Shown here piece after piece: positions 8,726-17,420 of a DNA stretch of 64,000 nucleotides (its first letter is position 1; every line of letters begins with the position of its first letter). This stretch comes from Thermodesulfobacteriota bacterium. GTDB lineage: Bacteria > Desulfobacterota > Desulfobacteria > Desulfobacterales > C00003060. Below the pieces are notes generated by a model. It saw nothing but the letters and a program-made list of their open reading frames with translations, did not search any database and had not been told where the DNA came from. A program made the translations under genes and the position numbers. The stretch spans positions 1 through 64,000 of the forward strand of contig JAXHVD010000015.1 in assembly GCA_034189385.1 (NCBI GenBank). The letters run 5' to 3'.

Positions 8726-9574
8726 TCAGGAGACCGTCGCTGAGAGATCCTGAGGTTCGGAAACAATGTGGACGTCTCTCTGCGGGAAGGGGATCTGAAT
8801 CTTGCCTTCTCTTAAAGCCTTGTATACGGCGAGGTTCGCCTGATAAAGGGTCTGGAAGTACTTTTTTGTGGGGATCCAATAGCGCAGACCGATGTTGATG
8901 GCCGAGTCGCCAAATGCCTGTATTCCCACCTGAGGAGGCGGCTTTTTGGAGATCTCCTGAAACGCGCCAAGGGTCTCTCTTATGATCTTGATCGCTTCCT
9001 CTGGATCGCTATCATAACTCACCCCGATCACCTCCTCCACGATCTTCCTCTCTTCCGAGTTATGGAGAATCTCGCCCATGATATGCTTGTTGGGGACCGT
9101 AATCCTCACGCCGTCTTCATCGGTCAAGACCGTGGCTCCAAGTTTGACTTCTTCCACCACGCCGCTCACGCCGGCCACGGTGATCGTATTGCCCACCACA
9201 AAGGGTCTGGTCACAATGATAGCCAGGCCTGCACCGTAGTTTGACAAGGGGCCTTGAATAGCAAAACTTGCCCCAAAAGCCATGGCAGCGAGGGCGGCCA
9301 CAAAGGGTGCGATGGTGATGCCGAATTTTCCCAGGGCAATAAGGATGGCAAACCCCAGGATAGTCCCCTTGACCCCACCAGCCGTAAACTTGGAAAGGGT
9401 GATGTCAAACTGCTTTTTCTCCAAAAGCTTGAAAAGAAAGGAGGAGACTGTCCTCGCAACTATCACTCCCACGATGAGCACGACGACAGCTCCCACAATT
9501 TGAAAACTGTAGTTCACAAAAAAGTCGATCACTCTGTTGACCACCGTCTCCATCGCCTTGATTTCTTCCTCCAT
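8726..9574 (-). CDS. mscS: Small-conductance mechanosensitive channel (MscS family)
   Basis: Three TMs, QGPLSNYGAGL...RPFVVG, VPN, IPFPQRDVH. Confidence 0.92.
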   Translation of the reverse strand: MEEEIKAMETVVNRVIDFFVNYSFQIVGAVVVLIVGVIVARTVSSFLFKLLEKKQFDITLSKFTAGGVKGTILGFAILIALGKFGITIAPFVAALAAMAFGASFAIQGPLSNYGAGLAIIVTRPFVVGNTITVAGVSGVVEEVKLGATVLTDEDGVRITVPNKHIMGEILHNSEERKIVEEVIGVSYDSDPEEAIKIIRETLGAFQEISKKPPPQVGIQAFGDSAINIGLRYWIPTKKYFQTLYQANLAVYKALREGKIQIPFPQRDVHIVSEPQDLSATVS

Positions 9575-9606
9575 GCCTCGTACCTCCCTTCCTTGGCAAA
9601 AGACTC

Positions 9607-11631
9607 TTAACGACCGAATGGCATCTGTTTGAACAGATCTTTGGCCTTGTCCTCCAGAGAGCCCGAATCACCCCCTTCCTTTGTCTGGCCGGGAAGGACC
9701 TTGAGGAGGTCGGAGGCCTGGGGAAGCCTCTCTTCAATGCCTTTTCTGATGATCCCTTCAAGGTCCGGACGGAACTTGGGGGCCGAAAAGGTTCCCGCCA
9801 CCACCACAGGCACCATGAATCCGCGACGCTCCTTGGTATCTCCCTGTGCTTTGAGAGTGGCCACGAATGTGGGCTCCACCCGAAAGTCGAGGGCCTCTGC
9901 AACCAGATCCGCCTTTCCCGCCACCGCCAGACGAAGGCCCGGCGAGGTAAGACTTGTTTGGGTTGTCTCCAGCACACCATCGGTCACAACAAATGGAACG
10001 TGGAGCTTTGAGAAATCCGTGCGTGGCTTCTTCTCCCCCGTCGGGGCTAGGCCAAAGGCAGCTTTCACATTCTGCGCCATTTGAGCCAGGTCGATTCCCA
10101 CCATGGCCCCGTCCTTGAAAAGCAAGTACCCTTTGCCGTTGAGCGTCCTCTTCATTGTCTCAGGATCATCCCCTTCCATTTGAAGGGCCAGCTCTGCATC
10201 GATGTCGCCTTCCAGAAAACCCTTTTTCAAAAGGTCTTGGAACAGGGGGGCCACCTGGATCTCTTTCCCCTGGAGTTCCATAGTGCTCCTTGGAACATCC
10301 TTTCGTAGGTCCAAGCCGGCTTTTGCAGTCACATGACCCTGGTATAGATCAAGGGTGACGGGATCCAGGTGGAACTGGCCGTCCTTTCCCAACACCCGGA
10401 CATACAGATCATGAAGCCTGGCCCCATGGGCTTTGACGCTTGCCGCGCGGATAGCGCCATCCAACACGATTTCGCGAAGGGGGCCGTAATTGGCTTCTTT
10501 CGGCTCCTGAGGGGGGCCGTTATGCTCCTTTTTCTCTTCTACGGCTCCATCCTCCCCTGAGGGCGGCAGGTATCGGTCCAGATCCATCTTGTCCAGACTG
10601 AGATCGAAAAAGACTTCAGGTTTCGAATAATCCTGGGCCCGGGCAGAAAAAATGACCCTTGACGCATCCACCTTCAAGACCCCGTCAGAGACCTCCGCCT
10701 CCTCCCGGTCTCCCATGAGCTTGACCTCCAGAGCTACGAGGTTCAAGGCCTGTGGGTCGGCAGTGGCGACGGGAAAACTTCTATTCAGGGCGGCCAAGAG
10801 TCTTCGAGGAGAAAACTCAGAAACCTGAAGGGCCAAGTCGAACCGCGGGCTGATTGCTGGATCTACTAAGTGGCCTTCAAGACGCATACGCAACTCCTTT
10901 GTCGCCTCCACGGCAAGGCTTAAGGGGATGGTCCCCTTGCCAATCTCTTTTCCCAAGGGCCCGACATTGCCTTCCACGGTGAAAGGGCACTGCATCGCTT
11001 TTCCAGTCATGGCTAGGTGAATAGGACGATCCAAGGAGACATCTTCGAGCCGGAGTGTGACATGGGAGATCTCTTTGCGATCCCCAGTGCCCTCATCGAT
11101 GTAAACAAGGGAGGCATCCTTGATGGCGCATTCCGCCACGGCCAGGGACTGGATAGGAAGGCCTTCAAGCAGTCCCTTTTCGGCCCCTCTTTCTTCTTCC
11201 CCCTCCTCTTCACTGGCTACTTGATCGGAGGTTCTTCCCATTCCATCCCAGTTCCCCTGGCCGGTCACGCTTCTTTCAACGACTATCCGCGGGTTTTCCA
11301 ATACGAAGCGTTTGACTTGAATGTCCCTGGAAAGGAGAGGCAGAAGTTTCACCCTAACCTCGAAGGAACGGACACTCAGACAATCCTTCTCGGTAAAACC
11401 TGGCGGGTTTGCCAGGTGGAGATCTGAAAGGGCCAAACCCACCCAAGGAAAGAGGGAAAACTGGAGCCTGCCGCCTATGGTCAATGGACGTCCTGTGGCC
11501 TCTGAGGCCCACCGCTCGATGTGCGGCTTGTATTTTTGAACGTCTATGAACCTCGGCACAATGACCAGCGCTGCCACAACCAGGAGGAAAAGCCCGACTC
11601 CCAAAATCAATATCCATTTCACGGCCTTCAT
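9607..11631 (-). CDS. AsmA family protein
   Basis: N-terminal TM, ATGRPLTIGG...SLFPW, LLPLLS, NW motif; beta-rich C-terminus with GTFSAPKFRPD. Confidence 0.9.
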   Translation of the reverse strand: MKAVKWILILGVGLFLLVVAALVIVPRFIDVQKYKPHIERWASEATGRPLTIGGRLQFSLFPWVGLALSDLHLANPPGFTEKDCLSVRSFEVRVKLLPLLSRDIQVKRFVLENPRIVVERSVTGQGNWDGMGRTSDQVASEEEGEEERGAEKGLLEGLPIQSLAVAECAIKDASLVYIDEGTGDRKEISHVTLRLEDVSLDRPIHLAMTGKAMQCPFTVEGNVGPLGKEIGKGTIPLSLAVEATKELRMRLEGHLVDPAISPRFDLALQVSEFSPRRLLAALNRSFPVATADPQALNLVALEVKLMGDREEAEVSDGVLKVDASRVIFSARAQDYSKPEVFFDLSLDKMDLDRYLPPSGEDGAVEEKKEHNGPPQEPKEANYGPLREIVLDGAIRAASVKAHGARLHDLYVRVLGKDGQFHLDPVTLDLYQGHVTAKAGLDLRKDVPRSTMELQGKEIQVAPLFQDLLKKGFLEGDIDAELALQMEGDDPETMKRTLNGKGYLLFKDGAMVGIDLAQMAQNVKAAFGLAPTGEKKPRTDFSKLHVPFVVTDGVLETTQTSLTSPGLRLAVAGKADLVAEALDFRVEPTFVATLKAQGDTKERRGFMVPVVVAGTFSAPKFRPDLEGIIRKGIEERLPQASDLLKVLPGQTKEGGDSGSLEDKAKDLFKQMPFGR

Positions 11632-12467
11632 GATCCATCTCCTTGTGACTGCTCCGCCTCGGCAGGTATCATGTGTACCACCTGTTGCGGGAAAGGTATT
11701 TCAATGCCGCTCTCATCAAAGGCCTCTTTGATCTTGCGGGTAAGATCAAATCTTACGGCCCAATAATCTGCCGCCTTTACCCAAGGGCGGACCACGAAAT
11801 TCACACTGGAATCGGCAAGCTCGGACACGGCAATCTGAGGGGCGGGGTCAGAGAGTATTCGGGGATCCTCATTGATGATGCGGGTCATGACGTCGTGGGC
11901 CTTTTGGATGTCAGAATCATAGCCAATGCCCATGACAAGGTCCACTCTTCGGGTGTCAAAGCCTGAGACGTTCTTGATGACATCTCCAAAGATCTTTCCG
12001 TTGGGGACCATGATCTTGATGTTGTCAGGAGTGGCAAGGACGGTAGTGAACAGCTGGACATCCTTCACACTGCCGGCTACGCCTGCTGCCTCAATGAAAT
12101 CGCCTACCCTGTAGGGCCGGAGTACAAGGATCAGTACGCCGGCCGCAAAATTGGCCAAAGATCCCTGGAGGGCAAAACCCACAGCAAAGCCGGCCGCACC
12201 AAGAACGGCCACAAAGGACGCCGTTTGAATGCCAAACTTCGCCAATGCGGCGAGCACCGCAAAGGTCAAAATGAGGATAAAGGTCAAACTGCCGACAAAA
12301 GAAACGACCGAGGGCTCGGTCTTGGCCCTTTCCAATATCCTCTTCACGATCTTACGTCCAAGGCCCGCAGCAACACGACCGACGATGAGAATGACGATGG
12401 CACCAACAGCTTTCAAGCCATACGTGGTCACGAAGATTACCATTTGGTCAATGACAGCACTGTTCAT
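11628..12467 (-). CDS. mscS: Small-conductance mechanosensitive channel (MscS family)
   Basis: GFALQGSLANFAAG...RPYRVGDFI, IPFPQ; start placed at MNSAV after GGAGG. Confidence 0.94.
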   Translation of the reverse strand: MNSAVIDQMVIFVTTYGLKAVGAIVILIVGRVAAGLGRKIVKRILERAKTEPSVVSFVGSLTFILILTFAVLAALAKFGIQTASFVAVLGAAGFAVGFALQGSLANFAAGVLILVLRPYRVGDFIEAAGVAGSVKDVQLFTTVLATPDNIKIMVPNGKIFGDVIKNVSGFDTRRVDLVMGIGYDSDIQKAHDVMTRIINEDPRILSDPAPQIAVSELADSSVNFVVRPWVKAADYWAVRFDLTRKIKEAFDESGIEIPFPQQVVHMIPAEAEQSQGDGS

Positions 12468-12663
12468 GATCTCCTCCCTTCCGGTCCTTTCAGCTTTTGG
12501 TAAAGGCAAATCCAGGGAAAGCTGGCCTTGATAGGCTCACCTTTCAGGCCCCTCCGATCGCTTGACTGCCAAAATGCCCGTCAAGCAAGCTCTATTTCTT
12601 TATCGCCATTGGCGATGAGTAGATGACCCTGGCCACTACTTCTCGCAAAACCGATAGAAGGAA

Positions 12664-13086
12664 TCACTTCATAAGCATGTGATAGGCCTGCTGAATGGCC
12701 ACGAACTTCTTATGGGCCAGCTCCTGAAACTCCCTGCCCAGGTGCTGGACCTTGTCAGGATGATATTGGGCAACAAGTCTCTTATAGGCTGCTTTGATGT
12801 CTGCCTCGGAGGCACCCTTTTCAACGCCCAGTATCTTATAAGGGTCGCCATTCTCAAAAGGCTCTTCCTTGGCTGCACCACCGGCACCAGAGGGTCTTTG
12901 CCCGCCGCTGGCAGGCCTCGGGCCGCTCCCGACTTGATAGGCCCTTCTGAGTCGTGCCGCCCACCACCATGCCAGGGCCAGCACACCAAGGTCATCCAGC
13001 CATCCAGGACCGATCAAGAGGTCGGGGATCAAATCATGGGGGAAGATAAAGTACAAAAGGGCTACAATCCAAGGTAGATACTTCAT
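12664..13086 (-). CDS. DUF1232/YkvA-like membrane segment fused to a J-domain
   Basis: [11 protein letters not shown]...GWLDDL N-terminus; C-terminal DPYKILGV...YHPDK J-domain. Confidence 0.85.
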   Translation of the reverse strand: MKYLPWIVALLYFIFPHDLIPDLLIGPGWLDDLGVLALAWWWAARLRRAYQVGSGPRPASGGQRPSGAGGAAKEEPFENGDPYKILGVEKGASEADIKAAYKRLVAQYHPDKVQHLGREFQELAHKKFVAIQQAYHMLMK

Positions 13087-13166
13087 GATTACGGCATCCG
13101 AGGTGTCTCACAGGTGTCATCGAGGACAAAAGGGGTTGCAAGGTCTGCCTCGATGTCTAATAATAT

Positions 13167-13369
13167 GGTAACGTTCAAAAGTGTTGACTTGCTGGATTTC
13201 TGGACAACCAACCTCGAGATAGGAATAATCGCTTATCTTCGGCATCCAATGCCTTTAGGTAGCCTATGCCATTTGTGTAGATGGCAATGGCTGTATGCCT
13301 GCGTTCAGCGATCATCCCTATCTCTTTAACTGCTTGCGAAGGCCTTTGCCTCAACTTTTGAACGTTACC
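13167..13369. mobile_element. 203-bp MITE with 16-bp perfect TIRs and 8-bp target-site duplication
   Basis: GGTAACGTTCAAAAGT (13167-13182) and ACTTTTGAACGTTACC (13354-13369); AATAATAT at 13159-13166 and 13370-13377. Confidence 0.88.
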
Positions 13370-13450
13370 AATAATATAGTTACGTCTTTGAATCAAACCT
13401 TCTTTGGGTTTTCAAGTGGAGCGTAGTTGGCTGGCAACAAGGAGGGGCCC

Positions 13451-13666
13451 ATGCCGCTATACGAGTTTCGCTGTTCCAAGTGTGGCGCTGAGTTTGAGCA
13501 GATTGTTTTTTGCGCCGATAAGGAGCCTGTAACGTGTCCAACATGTGGGGCCTCTGATCCTGAACGATTGCTTTCCGTGTTTTCCTCGGGTAGGGTGTCC
13601 GGAGCTGGTGCGACCTCGGCAGCCTCTTCTTGCGCACCCTCAGGAAGCGGTTTCTCTTGAGCGTAA
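13451..13666 (+). CDS. FmdB-family zinc-ribbon protein, probably a selenoprotein ending ...SCAPSGSGFS-U-A (ends at 13660 if UGA is a stop)
   Basis: MPLYEFRCSKCG...CPTCG FmdB signature; TGA 13658-13660, then GCG TAA and a SECIS-like hairpin. Confidence 0.85.
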
Positions 13667-13671
13667 GTCAT

Positions 13672-13688
13672 TTCAGCCGTAGGCTGAA
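13672..13688 (+). promoter_or_regulatory. Candidate bacterial SECIS element 1
   Basis: TTCAGCC-GTA-GGCTGAA hairpin starting 12 nt after the UGA; loop GU at +19/+20. Confidence 0.65.
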
Positions 13689-13698
13689 GGAGAAAGGA

Positions 13699-13863
13699 AT
13701 GTCGGAAATACTCATTCTTCTGGGAATTTTTGTTGTGTGGATCCTGCTTCAGGTTTACATCCTGCCCAAGTTCGGCATATCTACGTGACTCAAGAACGTC
13801 TGCCCGGTGGGCGACCAGACAAGACACGTACAAGAAAGGCAACTGCCAGAGCCCCCAAAATAA
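13699..13863 (+). CDS. Small single-pass membrane selenoprotein candidate, 54 aa: MSEILILLGIFVVWILLQVYILPKFGIST-U-LKNVCPVGDQTRHVQERQLPEPPK
   Basis: RBS AAGGAGAAAGGA, ATG 13699, TM helix, in-frame TGA 13786-13788, Cys five residues later, SECIS-like hairpin, TAA 13861-13863; absent from the ORF track. Confidence 0.72.
13798..13815 (+). promoter_or_regulatory. Candidate bacterial SECIS element 2
   Basis: GTC-(bulged T)-GCCC-GGT-GGGC-GAC; bulged U plus loop GU at +19/+20, like the E. coli fdhF upper stem. Confidence 0.7.
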
Positions 13864-14077
13864 GAGCCCCTCTTGTTGACAACGACTCTTCTCATCACGT
13901 TGTCCGCAGGGCGGTCATGAATCTCACCCAAATCCATTACCATTTCTCTCAAGCTGTTGGCAAAGCGCTTGCGCCTCTCCTGCTTCAGGTAATCTGATAG
14001 CTTTGCTCCTTGCTATCGCCCAAAACGGCCCAAAGCGGGCCGTCGCCGCCCAGCTCCACGCCCTTCCGGGCGCACAC

Positions 14078-14111
14078 AAAAAGGGGGTACGACATGTGTC
14101 GTACCCCCTTT
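14078..14111. terminator. Intrinsic terminator downstream of tRNA-Val, possibly bidirectional
   Basis: AAGGGGGTACGACA-TG-TGTCGTACCCCCTT perfect inverted repeat flanked by A/T runs. Confidence 0.8.
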
Positions 14112-14120
14112 ATATCAGAG

Positions 14121-14196
14121 TGGTAGGCGGTCGCGGATTCGAACCGCGGACTTCCACCGTGTGAGGATGGCACTCTCACCGCTGAGTTAACCGCCC
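14121..14196 (-). tRNA. tRNA-Val(CAC)
   Basis: GGGCGGTTAACTCAGCGG...CCATC-CT-CAC-AC-GGTGG...GGTTCGAATCC...CCGCCTACCA cloverleaf with encoded CCA. Confidence 0.96.
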
Positions 14197-14289
14197 ATAG
14201 ATGCCCTTCATCTAACTGCAACGTCTATAAGGGGTGAAGGGCCCAAAGTCAAGGGTTTTTGTCTATGCCTCTCGGTGCGTGGGAAAGGA

Positions 14290-15024
14290 CTAGGGCCCCT
14301 TTTTGCCGGTCACATGCCTTCTCAGCTTGTCCACTTCATCGGATGTAAGCTTTCGGAATTCCCCAGGTTTTAAATCTCCCAGCCGGATCGAGCCATATTG
14401 CATACGCTTCAGCTTCATCACCGGATGCCCGACAGCCTTGCACATACGCCGAACCTGGCGGTTCCTTCCTTCCCTGATGGTAATCTCAAGCCAAGCGTTT
14501 TTCCCTGTTGTGCCAGACTTCTGGACCTGAGCAGGGGCAGTGGGCCTGCCGTCCAGCATCACCCCTGATCTCAGGCGCCGCAAAACCTCCTCTGTGGGTA
14601 GCCCCTTGACCTTCGCCCAATACGTCTTGGCTATGCCGAAGCGTGGGTGCTGAAGAAGATGGGCCAGTTCTCCGTCCGTTGTCAAAATCAAGAGCCCTTC
14701 CGTATGATAATCGAGACGTCCAACGGGAAAAAGTCGGGCCTTAAGGGGCCGGACAAGGTCGGCTGTCGTAGGACGGCCCTGAGGATCACGAGAGGTGGTG
14801 AGAACCTGTTTCGGCTTATTCAGGACAATGGTGAGTCTGGGCTCCAGTCGGCGGATGATGCGGTCGTCTACCTGGATGGTGTCCCGCCCCCACAGGACCT
14901 TGGTGCCCAGCCTAGTGACGACCTTGCCGTTTACCGAGACACGACCGTCACGAATGAGTTGTTCTGCTTGACGTCGAGAGGCGACTCCGGCTCTGGCCAA
15001 GACTACGTGGAGTCGCTCGGCCAT
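14290..15024 (-). CDS. rluB: rRNA pseudouridine synthase (RluB/RsuA family)
   Basis: S4 domain (GVASRR), PVGRLD catalytic motif, EGRNRQVRRM. Confidence 0.92.
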   Translation of the reverse strand: MAERLHVVLARAGVASRRQAEQLIRDGRVSVNGKVVTRLGTKVLWGRDTIQVDDRIIRRLEPRLTIVLNKPKQVLTTSRDPQGRPTTADLVRPLKARLFPVGRLDYHTEGLLILTTDGELAHLLQHPRFGIAKTYWAKVKGLPTEEVLRRLRSGVMLDGRPTAPAQVQKSGTTGKNAWLEITIREGRNRQVRRMCKAVGHPVMKLKRMQYGSIRLGDLKPGEFRKLTSDEVDKLRRHVTGKKGP

Positions 15025-15545
15025 ACTTCTCCCAGTTCCTGCAGGTCCTCCAGGGTAGGCAGGTCGCCGAGGTCTTTCATGTCAAAGATCTCCAGAAACC
15101 GCTTGGTGGTTCCATAAAGCATGGGCCGGCCCGGCAAGTCTTTGCGCCCTAATACGCGAATGATTCCTCGTTCAAGGAGATTTCGCAAGACCCCCCCGCA
15201 GTCCACACCTCTGAGGTGTTCCACATCACTTCGAAGAACCGGTTGTTTGTAAGCAACGATGGCAAGGGTTTCCATGGCAGCCCGACTCAAACGACCTGGC
15301 CTGCTCTGCCTCATCCGCCGTACCCACTCTCTGTGCTCTGGACGGGTTCGAAGCTGATACCCACCAGCCACCTCTTTCAGGAAGAAACCACGCCGGCGGG
15401 TCTCATACTCCTCCATGAGACCGGTCAAGACGCTGCGTATAGCCGCAGAGTCCGGGGTGTCCAGAATGGACCTGATCTTTTCAATAGTCAGGGGGGCATC
15501 TGCTGCAAAGAGCAGACTTTCAACAATAGCCTTTAGATCATCCAT
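15003..15545 (-). CDS. scpB: SMC-Scp complex subunit ScpB
   Basis: VESLLFA, VAGGYQLRT, ETLAIVAYKQP, GRPMLYGTT. Confidence 0.95.
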   Translation of the reverse strand: MDDLKAIVESLLFAADAPLTIEKIRSILDTPDSAAIRSVLTGLMEEYETRRRGFFLKEVAGGYQLRTRPEHREWVRRMRQSRPGRLSRAAMETLAIVAYKQPVLRSDVEHLRGVDCGGVLRNLLERGIIRVLGRKDLPGRPMLYGTTKRFLEIFDMKDLGDLPTLEDLQELGEVWPSDST

Positions 15546-16269
15546 TGAAAATCCTAATAATGCCCGAGCTCACGTGCTGCATGACCCGTATGATTTGGGC
15601 TTTTGCCATCTCCAGGATAGCCAAGAAGGTAACAATGATCTGGCCTTTAGTGGCCTGCTCCTCAAAGATCTCCTCAAAGGTAACAGATCCCCGTTCTTCC
15701 AATAGGTCTGCGATTTCGGAGATTCTGCTTTTCACCGATATGGTGTTAAGGGTGATGTCCACAAAATGCTGCGGAGAGACCCGCTCGATGATCTTCTGAA
15801 AGGCATCTATAAGCTCAAAAAGGCTTATCTGGATCAAGCCTTCAGGGTCTTCACCCCCAGATTCATCGCCATTGGTGTAGCTCCGGACAAAGACATCCCA
15901 GTCAAGACGATCACGCTCTGTCAAGTCTTCTGCCGCATGCCTTATCTGAAGATACTCCGCCAAGGGCCGCACGATTTCCATGCGGGGATCTTCGGTTTCG
16001 TCGTCTTGTTCCTCGTCAACAGGCAGTAGCATGCGGGACTTGATGTGAGCCAGAGTGGCAGCCATGACCAGAAAATCCCCGGCCACATCAATACTAAGGG
16101 CCTTCATCAGCTTGATGTATGCCATGTACTGATCCACAATCAAGGCAATGGGGATGTCATAGATATCCAGGTCGTTCTTCTTCACAAGATGGACAAGGAG
16201 ATCCATGGGCCCGTCAAAGACATCGCCCAAGGTCACATGGTACGGTTTCTGTGCTGGTGTCTGTTCCAT
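15538..16269 (-). CDS. scpA: Segregation and condensation protein A
   Basis: FDGPMDLLVHL...DIYDIPI, IKSRMLLP, TFLAILEM. Confidence 0.95.
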   Translation of the reverse strand: MEQTPAQKPYHVTLGDVFDGPMDLLVHLVKKNDLDIYDIPIALIVDQYMAYIKLMKALSIDVAGDFLVMAATLAHIKSRMLLPVDEEQDDETEDPRMEIVRPLAEYLQIRHAAEDLTERDRLDWDVFVRSYTNGDESGGEDPEGLIQISLFELIDAFQKIIERVSPQHFVDITLNTISVKSRISEIADLLEERGSVTFEEIFEEQATKGQIIVTFLAILEMAKAQIIRVMQHVSSGIIRIFNG

Positions 16270-16421
16270 AGTGGTGACTGACGTGAACAGTCAGAAGAAT
16301 CTCAGTTTTTAATAAGTTCGGGCAAAGCTCCTAAGATTAAGTGGGGCGACAGGTTTTTGTGGAATTACAGAAAAGAATCGCTTACGTATCTAAAATAAGC
16401 GGCCTCAAGGCCACGTTGCGC

Positions 16422-17405
16422 CTAGAGCCCAACCGCTTTTCGGACTTCTTCCATGGTTCGGCGCGCCGTTTCTCGTGCCTTCCTGTTTCCCTCTTCAACG
16501 ATGGCCCGGACGATATCGGGGTGGGCCTCGTAGTATTCTCTCTTCTCACGAATCGGTGCAAGGGCCTCGATAAGACTCTCGGCCATCTTTTGCTTGCACT
16601 CCACGCAACCGATTTTCGCCTGTCGGCATTCTGGATCGATCCCCTTTACGGTCTCTTGGTCAGAATAGAGTTGATGAAAGCTGAAGACATTGCACACACT
16701 AGGGTCTCCCGGGTCCGTGCGTCTTGCCCGCTGGGGGTCTGTGATCATCTCACCCACCCTTTTTCTAATCTGCTCAGGGGAATCTGATAGGAAAATAGCG
16801 TTATGGTAGCTCTTGCTCATCTTTCGGCGATCTAGCCCAAGAATCTTCGGGGTCTCTGTCAGGATCGTCTCCGGAATAGGGAAAACATCTCCGTAGAAGT
16901 AGTTGAAACGTCTGGTAATCTCACGTGTCAGTTCGACATGGGGCGCTTGGTCTATACCCACAGGCACGCCGTTGGCCTTGTACATGATGATGTCGGCTGC
17001 CTGGAGCACAGGATAGCCCAGAAACCCGAAGGTGGAGAGATCCTTATTCTTCAGCTGGTCGATCTGTTCCTTGTAAGTGGGATTCCTCTCCAGCCACGGC
17101 AAGGGAGTGATCATGGAAAGGAGCAAGAACAGCTCGGCATGCTCTTTGATATGGGACTGTACAAAGAGGGTGCATTTTTCTGGTGAAAGCCCCACACTAA
17201 GCCAGTCCAGGAAGATGTCCATCATATAGCCCTGAATAGGCGCCGTTGTATCGTAATCGCTCGTAAGGGCATGCCAGTCGGCGATAAAAAAGAAACATTC
17301 ATAGTCATCCTGCATACTTTTCCAGTTTGCAAGGGCCCCGTGGAGGTTCCCAAGATGAAGTGGCCCTGTGGGCCTCATGCCGCTCAAAATACGCTTTTTT
17401 ACCAT
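16422..17405 (-). CDS. trpS: Tryptophan--tRNA ligase
   Basis: SGMRPTGPLHLGN, YPVLQAADI, KMSKS. Confidence 0.97.
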   Translation of the reverse strand: MVKKRILSGMRPTGPLHLGNLHGALANWKSMQDDYECFFFIADWHALTSDYDTTAPIQGYMMDIFLDWLSVGLSPEKCTLFVQSHIKEHAELFLLLSMITPLPWLERNPTYKEQIDQLKNKDLSTFGFLGYPVLQAADIIMYKANGVPVGIDQAPHVELTREITRRFNYFYGDVFPIPETILTETPKILGLDRRKMSKSYHNAIFLSDSPEQIRKRVGEMITDPQRARRTDPGDPSVCNVFSFHQLYSDQETVKGIDPECRQAKIGCVECKQKMAESLIEALAPIREKREYYEAHPDIVRAIVEEGNRKARETARRTMEEVRKAVGL

Positions 17406-17420
17406 TTCAGATCTCCTGCA

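Noticed and set aside
12505..12535. GGCAAA...GAAA resembling a c-di-GMP-I riboswitch
   Set aside because: Lacks GACGCAAA and the second stem, and lies antisense to the adjacent mscS.
13393..13842. 149-aa minus-strand ORF, and plus-strand ORF 13737-13997
   Set aside because: They overlap the better-supported fmdB and small membrane genes, which have RBSs and recognisable features.
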